This document shows, piece after piece, positions 29,081 through 41,629 of a DNA stretch of 64,000 bases (its first letter is position 1; each line of letters starts with the position of its first letter). Under the pieces are notes generated by a model that saw only the letters and a list, made by a program, of their open reading frames with translations, was not told where the DNA came from and ran no database searches. Made by a program: the position numbers and the translations under genes. This DNA is from the human T2T-CHM13v2.0 reference genome, Homo sapiens: NCBI RefSeq assembly GCF_009914755.1, contig NC_060930.1; one strand, given 5' to 3'.

Positions 29081-32000
29081 GTCACTGTGTATGCATTAGA
29101 TGATAAGCGCGTAGTCTGAGTGAAGATGAGACATGGAAAACTCTCCTCTTCAAACAAGGGGCCAGGAAAGTTATAGATTTCAAGAGTTCCTTGAATGAGA
29201 AAGAAGGAATGAAAGAAGGACCATGAGTCCTTCAGGTTTCCCTGTAGCCCGTGAAAAAATATAACAAGCTAATGAAATGTTGAGCTAGTTGTTCTGAAAG
29301 GCATAAACAGGATGTATTCAGTTGCTTCTTTTCTCTTTCCCTTTTGTTTTAGCCACCATTTTTTCATTCTCTCTTATCTGCATTGCCATGGATGTGTCTG
29401 TTCCTTTGTTTCTAACCATTGGTAGGTACTCCATGACATGCAGCCAACAATTTTATGCCTCTACTCACCAGGAATACACACGCATGCTGCCTAGGAGGAG
29501 TTTCTGAGGGAGAAAAGGCATTAGCAAGAAGTAGCCCAGAGAAGTGTTGGCATTAGCAACACCTTTATTTATTTTAAAGTTAGAACATGCAACTACATAT
29601 GTGTGAGGTGGTAAGGACTGGAAATGTTCTTTACTCAATAATCATCTGTGCCAGGCACAGTGCCAGATACTGTGGGAGGTTCAAAGATGGGTGAGACATA
29701 GTCCCTGACCTCAAGGAACATATGGTTTAAAGACAAAACGGATCAGCAGTTCTCTAATTGGGATACAAAATTAAGAACAACAAGAGGTTATTGAGGGCCA
29801 TCCCAATAATTCTGACCAGGGGATCAGGGAAGTGTTCATGCAAGGTTGAGCCTGAGAAGGATCTTGAAGGAATAGGACATGCAGGGTGGATGGGAGGCGC
29901 TGGGGTGGAAGTGCAATACATTTTAGCCTGGAAGAACTAAATAAGCAAAGGCATCGAATAGAGGAGGGGTTGCATAGGTTGAAGGAGCAAGAAGGAAGTC
30001 AGTACGGCTGTAGCACGTGCGTGGGAAACATAGAGGGCTGTGGTTGGGGAGAAGGCTGGCAAGATGAGATGGGACCAGATCCTGGTGAATCTTCGGTGTC
30101 ACGCAGGGAGTCAGAGTCACTCAGCAATGATTCAGCAATGGGAAGGAATAGAAGGTTCTTAAAGGAGGGAAACGACATTTTCACACCCATGTGGAAATGG
30201 GAGAATTAATACCAGAGACACTGAGACCAAAATGTGTGTCTCTGGTTGAAGAAATTATGACTATTTTACATTTTTCCCCTTTGAGTCACCTGCAGTTTCT
30301 AATTTTCCCATAGTGAATGTGGACATGTGGTGAAAATTTAAAAATAGAATACATAAAATAGTGTTTAAAGGGTAAGATACACATGGGGGAAAAGGAGGAG
30401 GCCAATGAGAGTGGAGTGTCTGCCATTGGTAAGGAGGAACCTGGCTCTGGAGGCCACAGGCTGGAGGCCAGCCAGGAGGAAGCTGGCAAAAAGGGGAAGG
30501 AGAGGATTTCATTCATATAGTCTCCCAATATCTGCTGAGTGTTTGCCTTGGGCTGGGCACTGTTCTAGGAACTTGCAATCATGTATTTGTGAAATGGCTG
30601 AGAAATGGAGAAACAGCTGCGTGCAGTAAAAGGATGGACAGGGAAGGCCTTTTTTTTTTTTTTAGGCTATAAGAGATTTGAGTGTGTTTGTAAGCTCAGG
30701 GGAAGGAGCATGTGGAGAATGAAACACAAAATGTCAAAACCAATGGAAAAGATAAAAGATGAGGTCCAAGAGCCAATCAGAAGGAATAAGGTCAGGTTTG
30801 CAAATGCAGTGTGTATGTGTGTGTGTGTATGTATCTGTGTCCCAGAAAATATCTAAATTAGAGAATATATGAACATCTGTATAAATGTGTACACATGAGC
30901 ACATTTTGGATTTGAATTTATAGTGACTCCTGAAGATAAAGATTTGGGCAGAATTGGAGGCATTTTTCTCTGCCATCTACAAAAGTGTCCAAGGGCTATT
31001 CAGAAATAGGAAACAATATACCACAACCCCAATAAACAAAGCAAGTGAGGAAATGCAGTTTTCCCCATGTTATGTTCCAAAGAGCAGAAAATATTACAAG
31101 AGGATGGGAGAAGAATGGTTACACAGGAAAACACGCTGCACAAAGGGTGCAGTGCAACAGGTGGAAGGTGTGCGTGATACCAACATGACTGCCAGGCCGG
31201 CTGAGAGTATACAAGCCTCTGGGAGACCTGGCTGCCACATGGCTGGACCATCATGTCTCTGGACAGGGATTGATGGATGTGCCTCCCATGTGCTTTGATG
31301 TTCCTTATCCCCTTCAAAGTTGCCTGTTTTGAAGAATTTGTGTTTGGCCAGAGTTAAATGACCCACTTTGCTTGGGATTTCTCTCCCTGCCTCAGTGAGA
31401 GCGCAATCCAACTTGTTTCAGGTGACACCCTGAGGAGACAAGCAGAGGACTTTGAGGACTATGAAAGCCATTTTTTATAGTCACTTGCTGAAGCTCAGCT
31501 GACCCTCCCAGGAAATGGAAAGATTGAGGCAGGCCCAGGCACTGCAGTCTGTGGCAACCGGGTCAGGAAGGCGCGCTGAAGTTAATTATCCAGCCTGGCA
31601 TCCCCACAAGCTTGCTTGTTTGGTGTTGCTTCTTTCTTAATCAAGAAGAGACTCCCATGGTGGTGTCTTAATGTAAACAAAGCAATTTGTGACTTGATTA
31701 ACAAATCAAGGATGGACAAACATGTCCTTTTCTCCCTTCTCCTCTTTACTAGGGACTTGGACTATTTTAAGGAGTGTCTCTCGATGTGAAAGGCAGTGGC
31801 TGCCTGAGGTTTGTCTGGTTTGGTGTCTTCCTGTGTTTCTCCCTTCTTACCACATCCACAGCAAGGGATTCATTCTAGGCATTCCATAGAGACTGAACCC
31901 ATTCCTTCTGTGTCCTGGGAAATGTAAAAGTTGGAAATGCAACCCCCATTAAAAGCAATTCAACATGTGATTTGTCCAGGTGATGAGGTATGTAGCTAAT

Positions 32001-32515
32001 ATTAGTCGCCGTGATTTATCGAGAGAATAACTACCTGGTGATAGATTTTTCATGAATGTATCTCAAGTCATCTATCACTGTGACAATGAACTTTTCATAT
32101 CTGGGCAGGCCTGTGATGGTTACAGAAACCAATAACTCCTTTAATAGAACTGCATGTCCATTAAATTACTGGAGGGAAAGAAAGAAAACAGGAAGGTCTT
32201 ACAGCTAAAAAGGGCACAACATAGGGGAAAAAAATAACAAAAAAAGATTCTATGACGAGACATTGTGAAAAATCAACACAAGGTTTTTGTTTTGTTTTGT
32301 TTTGTTTTTTGTCCTTAGAAATTAATTCTACAATGTCTTCTTTTTCTCACAAACACCATCACCCCACGTTGAAATGAAGCTGCTGTCTCCTCTGAATGCA
32401 CACATGGACAAAGAAGGGCCCTGAGAAATCCCTAGTACACATACATCCTGAACCCTCAGGCCTCACTGGTGTGATGTGTTCCCTTAACTAAACTGGTACA
32501 GTGCAAATAATGACT

Positions 32516-33021
32516 TGTACTAGTTTTCTATTTGCAGTTTTGACAAATTTCCACAAATTTTATGGCTTAAATAATAGGATTTTATTATCTTGCCATTAGT
32601 TCTGAAGGTCAGAAGTCTGACATTGGTTACTGGGCTAAAATCACTGGGGCGCATTTCTTTCTGAAGACACTAGGGAGGAATCAGTTTTCTTTTTTTTTTT
32701 TTTCTAGTTTCTAGAGGCTGCCCAAATTCCTTGGTTTCTGGCCTCTTCCTCTATCTTCAAAGCCAGCAAGGGTGGGTTGAATCTTCCCATCACATGACTC
32801 TGACCTCTTCTTTTTTCCTCTTCCACTTTTAAAGACCTTTGTTATTACATTGGCCTCTAGGGATAATCCAGGATAAACTCCCTATTTTAAAGGCAGCCGA
32901 TTTAGCAGTCTAATTCCACCTGCAACCTTAATTCTCTTTTTACCACATTAACTAACACATTTACGGGTTCCAGGGATTGAGTCACAGACATTTTTGCAAG
33001 GACGTTTTTCTGCTTACCACA
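32516..33021 (-). mobile_element. MLT1 (MaLR) LTR
   Basis: TGTACTAGTTTTCTATTTGC...GTTCTGAAGGTCAGAAGTCTG...TTCTGCTTACCACA. Confidence 0.7.
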
Positions 33022-33159
33022 GGACTTAAATTTATTTGTTGTGTTTTTTCTTTGTGTTTCTTTGCCTCAAAATAGTAATAGAACAAGCAAAGCGAAGTGA
33101 TCTCTTAAGGCAGGTTCCCCAAACAGGTTAGCATTCAAAGGTCAGCTCTCGCTCTTGCT

Positions 33160-33320
33160 CCTTGCTGGTCTTAGGCAAGTTACTAACCTCTCTCCAAACC
33201 TCAGCTCATCATCTGTAAAATGGGGATAATACAATCCTCTTACAGAAATTGTGAAGGAGATGGGATGATGTTTGTAAAGCTTCACCGTAACACCTAGCAT
33301 GTAGTAAGTGCTCAATGAAA
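33160..33320. mobile_element. MIR
   Basis: GGCAAGTTACTAACCTCTCT...CTCATCATCTGTAAAATGGGGATAATA core. Confidence 0.75.
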
Positions 33321-34999
33321 GTTAAAGTTTTTAAAAAGTTAGAGTAAATGTGGTGGGGTGGGAGTGATGAGAGAGAAGAGACAGTGCAATCTAGATCTCT
33401 GTACCCTGAATCCCCCTAGATGGTTCAGCCTTCCTTGTCGCTCTCCATGGGTTGGATCCTGCTCATAGAAGCCTCTCAGACTCTCTGGGTGGGTGGGAGA
33501 GGAAAAGAAAAGTTCAGCTGTCATCTTTGCCGCCCTTGTTCTGTGGTTGCTGTTTTCTTTTCCTTTGCTGCCTCCTTCCATCGCTGGCCCTCCACTGCAG
33601 ACAGGCCGGGGGATCGCAGCCTCGGTGCAGAGCTGGCTCAGGCTGAGTGTCCCGAATGGAAACTGCAGGAGCAGTGGGGAGACATGCAGCTGAGCCCCAC
33701 CTCTGCCAGTTCACAATCACTCACTGAGCCAGCCCAGCACGGTCCAAGCCCTAAACTCCCCGAGGCATTTTGATTAGATTAGCCAGTGAGAGCCAGGGTC
33801 TTCCAGGACTAGTTATGCCTGACTTTGCACAAAAGTCACTCCCTGCGAAGCCCTTGCCACTGCTCCTGGGGAGGGGAACCCAAAGTCCAGCTGACCCTTC
33901 CCCACCAGTGCAGGAGGACACTCTGGTGGTGATCAGGGCCTGGGAGGGACCCAAGGAATCTAATGCAGATGGTGGGAAAGCCTGACCTTCCAGAGCAGCA
34001 AGGTTACTTACTGGGTTGACAAAAAAGGCAAAAAGTGTTAGCATACAGTGTTGATAAGGATGCAGGGAATCTCTACATCCTTTGGGAAAGTAAACAAACA
34101 TCTTCTCAAATGAAAAGCACACATACATACCTTTCTGCCCAGCAATCCAACTTTGATCAAGCCTATTGTATTGAAGAAATTAAAATACTAGTACATAACG
34201 TTGTTTGAACAGGAATATTTATGAACACAATACTTATACAGTACAAAAAAACCTTGAAAAACTTAAATATTCATCAATAGAAGGAATTATGTCACCATTT
34301 AAAAGGAGATATTTAACTATTGCTCTTGAGGAATTTGGTTGCAGAGAAATACATATTACAATTTTGCAGAAATGAAACAAAGCGAAACCCAAAGCCAACC
34401 TCCATATATGTATGTGTGTATATGTGTGTAACAGCACGGGGAAAGGCATGGAAGAACACACGTCAGCCTGCTACCATTTATTAGTGGAGGGAGGATGTTT
34501 TCTTCCCTCTCTGTACTCTTGAATTGCTTCATTGTTTACAATAACTTCATTACATTTTTCAATGTTGGGAGAGGAATTTAAGATAAATGGTGGGAGTGAG
34601 CGGGGGCAGGGAAGAGAAGTTGTCAAGGAAGATAGAGGAGAAATCCCATGCTGGGAGAACCTGGCCACTCTAGTTGGGGGTTTGCAGAAAGCAAAAGCCA
34701 GGGGTCTGGCCTGGGCACTGAGGGGGATGGGGTGGAGTAGAGTCTGGGGATGCACACATTGTTGAGCGAACTGGCTATTTGAACTCAAGGAGCTTATCTA
34801 GAACATCCTTTGAGAAGGCCAGAGAGGACGATGGATCACTGGGTAGTAGCCTGCAGTAAGAGGAATTTAAAACGCTTTACCATAAAGAATAACTGCTCCC
34901 AAAATATTAAAAGAATGAGGTTCTCAAGGTTATTTTGAAGAATTCGGTGAGATCCACCTGAGGAAATTAAATTAGTACTACCTAGCACGAGGTAACTGG

Positions 35000-35180
35000 C
35001 ATGTTGTCCGAAAGAGCTTTACCTATACTGTCTCATTTGATACAAGGTACAATCCTATGAGGTAAGTATTATTATCGTTATTTTACAGAGGAGGAAACTG
35101 AGGTATAGCGGGGTTCAGTATCCCGCCCATGGTCATGCAGGTGGGAACAGGAGTGTTCCGGCTCCGAAGTCCTGGCTCTT
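35000..35180. mobile_element. MIR
   Basis: CCTATGAGGTAAGTATTATTATC...TTTTACAGAGGAGGAAACTGAGG. Confidence 0.7.
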
Positions 35181-38100
35181 GGAAGCCACACTAAAGGCTG
35201 CGTCCTTCCAGGGCGCAACTCTGGGCGCAAATGTTACACTCTCCTCCCCTCACCCGGTGGGGGTGGAGTGGGGAGAAAGGGCCTTCTCCGTGCGCCTGCC
35301 GGGATGGCCGGAGTTCGGTGGGGCCAAGCTGAGGTTCCTCTCCTGGGGCTGGGCAGGGTTTGGGCTAACTCTTCTCCCGCCGGCATTCGGGTTTGGGGGC
35401 CGAGGCTGCCCAAGAGTTAACCTCCAAAAGGGCCCTGCAGGGGGTGCTTTCTCTACACTGTTCTTCTCTTGGGTAGTGGAGGGGTTGGTGGGGGAACCAC
35501 AAGCTACAAGATTACAAAGTTGCTAGACTCCTTAGCCTAGGGAGGTACGATGATTTGGGACCGGGTGTGGAGGTGTGGGCGGGGTGGGGGGTGCGGTGTC
35601 TTCCGGAGCCCTAAGCTGGCGTCCTCAGCCGCTCCTTTCCGTTCCTACCCCCCACCCCCAGCTCACCACTTCGTTTTCACGTCTGGGAGGGGAGCGGGGG
35701 GCGGTGATGGGGAGGAGACCAACGCTTTGATTTCCCCTGGTAGGTGTTCTGAGTGGCTAGGGATCCTTCCCTCGCGTGCCCCTGGGTCGGGGCGGTAGAC
35801 AGCTCCAGAGGATGGACGGCCAGCGTGAAAGCTAGAGCTCGTGTATTGTAGGGAAAAGTGGGGGTGGCGGGGAGATAATGGTTGAATACCTTCCTGATAT
35901 TTGAGGGAGAATTCGGCAAGGGGGAAATCTCTGGCTCCATCTTTGGCTGACTCATCGGATTTCCTGGGGTGGGCTCCGGGAGAAGGCTCGGGGCTGGTGC
36001 TCCTGCCTCGGTCCGTCCAGCACCAAGACGCCAGGTTCCCGGCGGCCCTGGCCCTCTGGGGGTACTGATTACAGTGGAAAGATCTCTGGGTCCGCAGAAG
36101 GAGAATTTGTGTCAAGGTTCTTGTGCGCATTTTCTTCTCTGGGGGTTCTGAATGAAAATAAGTCCCAAGGTCATCTTTGTCCCTTAGCTCTTGCCCAGAG
36201 CTCTATCTGCGTCGCCAAGCTTCTCCATCATCTCCTTTTGTGTTTCAGGTGATCGCCCACCTTTCTTCCCTTCTAACCCTACTTCCGGGTCTTTTTCCCC
36301 CTCGTTTCTCCCCGTGTCCCCCATTTTCCAGGCTCGAGTCCTTTTTCTCGTGCCAGTTTCCTCCCTCCGTCCGATTTCCTTTCCCACGGGCCCTGGAGTT
36401 CCTCGGGCCCAGGCAGGGCTCTGGAACTGGCCTGACATGTTCATAATAAGGATTATCAGACACGGTACTCAAGTGAACTACCTTGTCTTGAACTTACTCG
36501 GACAGAGGATGTGATAAAGGAGGTCCTTCTCTAATCCCAACAGCTCCTCAAAGGCTCGAAGCCAGCCTGAGTGGGCCACTTGAAGAGCCACGGGCTGTGG
36601 GAAGATACGGAGAGGCTACTCCGACGTGGGGAGGAGGTAGGTATGACGATGTCCTCTGTGCCTGAAGCCCACTCCGTCCCACTCCCAATACTCCCACCAT
36701 CTCATCAGTGGGGCATGCTCGCCCTGGTTAATGTCATCTCCCTGAACTGCCAACGAGGCTAGCAGCTTTGCTGCTTAAAACCGGTAACATCAACCAACAT
36801 ATGGAGATGTCATCATGATTAAACGGCAAATTATAGCCGAAGACGGCGCGATAATAATCTAAACAATCACCACAAGAAGAAACGTTCTCTAACGCTCCAG
36901 TTGCGGAAGCCTGCGTTTCCAAGACTCGCGGCCCTGCGTTCCCAGGGATATCTCCGTGCTCACGTGAGCGTGGTCCTCGGCTTGGGACAGACAAGGGAGC
37001 CCCAGACAGGACGATAAGGTTTGGAGATTCCCAGGGCGATCTGGGACTCCGTGGCGTGGGGGCTTGGAAGCGCGTGGAGGGGCTGAGAGAGGGGAGAGGG
37101 CGCCCTTCCTCTAGGGCGGCCCCGTCTGGGAAGCAGTTGGAACAGCAGTAGGAGCCAGGGGTTCCTAGAGAAGAACCCTGTTAGGAGAGCAGACCAGCCC
37201 GCGCTCCCAGTCCCCGCCCCCTCGCCCCTTCTGCCCCGCCCTTAGCCTGCCTCTTCCTAGATCTTCCAGGACATTGATTTCCGAGTAGGAAGCCCGCGCT
37301 GCTAGGGGAGGGGCGTCCTCTGTGGGTCGTGGGGGGGTTTCCCTTCTCTCCACAGTCGGAGCAGAAGGGCGCCTGCCTTTTATTTTGACAAGCAATGGGC
37401 TTAGTTGTGAGCACTTGTTTGCCCCCAATATGTAGAGGAAAAGATACTGATAGGAGGCGGCGTGCTACGATGGCAAAAATGGAGAAGACCCTCCCTCTTT
37501 ATCCTGGTTCTCCTCCTTGTTAAATAGATTCGTATTTAAGATAGGCACAGACATTCTAATTTGAATTCCAGGGGTTGAACTCCAGTTAGAATCATCCTAT
37601 TTATACGCAGACCGAAAATAACCATTGAAACGAAACCAACAAAATGCAACTATTTTCCAAAACCCCGAGCGTTTGCTGGTGGGTGACCACCCCGCGCAGG
37701 TAGCGCGGATCTGCTTTGGTTTTGACTGAGAACCCGGGTTTTGACTGAGACCTCCGTCGGGAGGAGGGGACTGGGTGGGAGTTAGCGGGCGAAACGATTC
37801 CCCGGAGTGGCCCCGAGCGGCGCGTGCGTGAACGCGCGGCCGTAATATATGCTGCCATTAAGAATCCGTGCAGCTTCCAGCGCTCCGGGCGCAGGGACGC
37901 ATGTGTTGCTGGAATTCAATCCGTGGGGGGAATGCAGATTGGGCTGCGACTCACTGGGTTTGATTTATGAACTGTTACACTAGCAATTGTTTACACATTG
38001 CATTTCAGAGCCCGGGCCCACCCTCCCCGCAGCGGGCGGCGGGCTTCGTGCGGGAACCTGCTGCAGCCCCCTTGGTCTCTCTCCATCCTCCTCCCTTCCC

Positions 38101-38600
38101 CCGTCCCCCCCCCCGGGGCCCCCGTAGCTTCCTCCCACAGCCACCTTCTCCAAGAAATCAGATTTCGATTTCTCTGAACCCAGAGACCTGCATGCAGTTC
38201 TTTCTCCCCCGCCTACTCCAGGCCTGCAGTCCCCGGACCCGGGTCGCCTCTGCCCGTTTACTCCGGAATGTTTACTTCTCTTTAAGGCCATGCGGGGCCT
38301 ATAAATAGGAGAGGTGGAATCAGCCCCACTGCCAGATCAATAGGGCCCGTCTCCTCGCCATTTCAGCTGAGCTGTCTTATTAATTATGAAAGGATTCACC
38401 TGATCCCTGCCAGGGAACACAGCCTCTCGGCCCCTCTGCTGGAGCCCTTAATGGCGGTTCCTTCGCAAGCTGCCTCTGGCCACCGCACAGGAAGAGGCGA
38501 ATCGTGGTTAGGCCGAGCCTGCGAGGATCGTGGTTAGGGCTCCGGCCCGCCTGAGGCGGGGGCAGACGGCCGGCCACTGGCATTGTCTGCCTGTGCGAGC
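35150..38600. promoter_or_regulatory. CpG-rich region downstream of the NRN1 3' end
   Basis: Abundant CpG and GC boxes, no coding signal. Confidence 0.6.
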
Positions 38601-38867
38601 AAGCCCAGTTCCTCTAAATCTCAAACAGAAAGAATCTCTGCTTTGTAATTAATTTAAAAACAACTTTCATTTTCTCTTTTTTAAGGAAGCACGGTTTCGG
38701 GGAAGTGGCCAAGTGGCTTAAGTGAGGAGGGTCTGCTTGAAGGTGGCAGGTCTGCTTGAAGCGGCTTCCTGAAGAGGTGAGCTTATCACCGGCATCCTGT
38801 GTCCCTTCAGGTTCCCTGAGAACTGGGTCAAGAAAGCAGGTTGGGGTAGGAAACAAACGACACCCCC

Positions 38868-39844
38868 ATTTCAAACAATAACTTTTATTTTATACTTCTC
38901 TATACTTTGTAGCAAATCTTTTTTTGCTGAATTTAATTTATAATAAACTTTTTAAATTACATCTCTCTCTCTTTTTTTTTAAAATCAAGGCTCTTTTATG
39001 TCAAAATCTTTTTTTAGCTATATTTTAGATTAACATTTAACATCCCCCCCTTGTGATCTATACCGTTGGATATTCAGGTATTACTGTGTGTGTAACAGCT
39101 AAAACAAGAGGGAGGAGGGAAAATAAAGGCAGTGAACTTGGACGGATGCATCAACAACAGCAGATAAAGCTAACCCCTCAGTGACCATAGCAGCATGTCT
39201 TCTGGAAGCCTTTACTCTTACCCCAGAGATTTCCTCAGCCCCTTCCCTCTCTCCCTCCTATCCTCCAAACACAAAGCCAACAGTCTGTCCTTTCGCTTTT
39301 CTTGAGGAGAAATGTGCAGTGGAAATGATCAAAACAAGATACTGTGGAAGAACGACGTGAGCGTGAATTATTCACCGTATGTTTCGTCCGTGGACATCTC
39401 TCTTGAATTCATTCCCCTGGCCTTCTCCTCTCCTCGCCTTCCTATTAGGAGGAGCCCATCATTTTTCATGTTACTAGCATGATTAATATAGTAGGTGGCC
39501 CAGGGCCGTTCCTGAGATTCTTTTGCCAACAAAAAAAATTAATAATAATAAAATTAAAAAATGGGGTGGGTTTGCCGTTTTCTTATTTGTGTGTGAAGAC
39601 GGACTAAAGCTGAGGTCCGATTTTGGCTGTGCTTGCTTGCTCACTGATTGGTAACATTTGGCAAATAAAACACAAGAAATCAAACGAAATAAAAAAGAGA
39701 ATCAGGATTTCCCACAATCCTATATGAGTGTTTTCAGCATCACAGAGAATCACAACGTCCCCAAAGAACTAATGGATCTTCCTCTCGATTTCCGGGAGCA
39801 TGGAGTGAGTGTGGGTGGGCGCGCGGGGGGAGCTGGCCCCACGC
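38868..39844 (-). other. NRN1: NRN1 3'UTR (~1 kb) with U/AU-rich tracts
   Basis: Runs from the stop codon to just past AATAAA; U-rich block at 39530-39561 on the mRNA strand. Confidence 0.85.
38884..38889 (-). terminator. NRN1 polyadenylation signal AATAAA
   Basis: TTTATT on + strand, followed on the minus strand by a GT/T-rich downstream element (GGGGGTGTCGTTTGTTT); a variant ATTAAA also occurs at 38932-38937. Confidence 0.85.
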
Positions 39845-41330
39845 TCAGAAGGAAAGCCAGGTCGCTAAAGCTGCCGAGAGAGACACCAGGAGCACCGGGA
39901 ACGCCGGGAGCAGGGACCCCGCCGCCCCGTTGCCGCTGCCGCAGAGTTCGAATAAGCTGCCTTGGATGTTGAGGTTTTTGGATTCTTTTCTCAGTTTATC
40001 CCACATATCTTTCGCCCCTTCCTGGCAATCCGTAAGGGCTGTGACCGTGCAGCTGTGGAAATCCTCCCAGTATCTGGTGAGGAACAGAACAAAACAGAAG
40101 AAGCAGGTTCACTTGGGACGCCGGGAACACCCCGGGCTTGCGCCCCTGCGCCTCCCCGCTGGCGGCCCCGCCAACTTCCCGGGGTGTCCCCTCCCTACCT
40201 TCTCTTCACCGCCCTGGCGCCTGGCCTGCGCGAGGTCGGGACTCGCGGGACCTCCGCCTACCCCAGAAGCGGCTGTCTAAAGCGGGGGTGGGGGGGCGCC
40301 CCCTCCTGTCTGGTTTTCCCTTCCAGTTGCCGGGAGAGGACTAGGCAGCCGGGAGCCGGGCCGTGCACCCGCTGTGGCGCGCTGGCACCTCGGCCTCCGC
40401 AAACAGATTGCTCGCCCTCCTCGGGGAAAGCTAGGAAAACAGTGCTAAGCCTCGCAAGCTGCCGCCCATTAATGCCTCTTAGCTTGCAAGATGGGTTACT
40501 AGCTCTGAGCACGGCCCTCCCCTCGGGGCTTCTTACATTCTCCTCCCCCTCGCCCCTTCTGTCTCCCTCCTTCTCCACGCCGCGGTACTCTCGCCTTCGC
40601 CCTCATTCTCTCCCTCCACCTACTACCTCTTCCTTTTGTTTTCCGTTCTCCTGAATTTCCCTTTCTTTCTTTTTCCGTTCCGTCTGCTTTCCTCTCTTCT
40701 GTTCCCCACTTCCTCTTCCTCCTTCCCACAACCTGCCTGGATCCTCCTTGCTCTCCACAGTTCCCGGCTCAGATTCGGCCTGGAGACTCCTGCCTGCCTC
40801 TCTTCTCCCCGGGGTCGGTGAGTGTTAGTGGCCGAGCACCTGGGGCCGGCTTCGTAGCCTTCATCTGCTCTTGCGAATCCAAGTGTCCCAGGCCTGCGCG
40901 TTGGGTCCCTCCTGTTTCTCCCTCCCCAGTCTTTTCCGTGGGCTTGGGCCCCATGGGGCTTCCTCCCCACAGCTTTCAGGATGTAGCGCCAGCCTCCAAG
41001 GCCGGAACTGCGGGGAAGGCGTGGTGCCCACCTCTGCCAACCTTCGAGGACTCCCCACCCTCTGTCCTCCTCTTGCGGTCAGTTCACGGAGCCTGGCGCC
41101 TAACTCAACCACTTCCTCCTCCCAGGCTCAGCTCCTAGACCCGCCCCCACAACCTTCATCCAACCTGTCCCTTTTGATTGTCCCCCTTTCTTCTGAAAAC
41201 CCAAAATAGATCCTGAGACTAAATATAATCCCAACCCGTGATCGATTCCTGGGGCGCTGTCTCCTTTCAGAGCTGGGTCGATCTGCGCCTCTCTGTAACT
41301 CCGGGCTGGTCCCCACCTGCCCCGGGCCTT
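39780..41330. promoter_or_regulatory. CpG island over exon 3 / intron 2
   Basis: GC- and CpG-rich sequence. Confidence 0.7.
39845..40073 (-). CDS. NRN1: Neuritin coding exon 3 (229 coding nt; YWEDFHSC...LATWLSF*, includes the GPI-anchor signal)
   Basis: Acceptor ttttgttctgttcctcaccag|A at 40074/40073; TGA at 39847-39845; 55+145+229=429 nt = 142 aa + stop. Confidence 0.97.
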
Positions 41331-41587
41331 GAGCACCAGGTCACAGGCACCTGCCCTCTACATGGTTTGGTTGTATTTTCTCCTCTCTCTTCCTTCTGCT
41401 GGCTGGCCTGGACTGTAAGCACATTGAAGGCAGGCACTGTGTTAATTTATGAGTACTGGAGGGACACAGAGCTTCCAGGTTCCTCAACTTGTAATAAACA
41501 GCAACATTTGGACATTAGGAGGCCCAGGGAGGACAGCTTTCCTGCAGACTGTCTGTGGAATTGCCCCTGCTAAAGGATGCCTAAATT

Positions 41588-41591
<4 letters not shown>

Positions 41592-41626
<35 letters not shown>
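41592..41626. repeat. T35 mononucleotide run in NRN1 intron 2 (A35 on the sense strand)
   Basis: Directly visible. Confidence 0.95.

Positions 41627-41629
<3 letters not shown>

Noticed and set aside
30211-30246. Perfect 11-bp inverted repeat ACCAGAGACAC / GTGTCTCTGGT (14-nt loop)
   Set aside because: Too short for a pre-miRNA or MITE, no TSD, and plausible by chance in 64 kb
39658-40654. 104-, 116- and 230-aa plus-strand ORFs antisense to exon 3
   Set aside because: Shadow ORFs of a GC-rich coding exon and island, with no independent coding evidence
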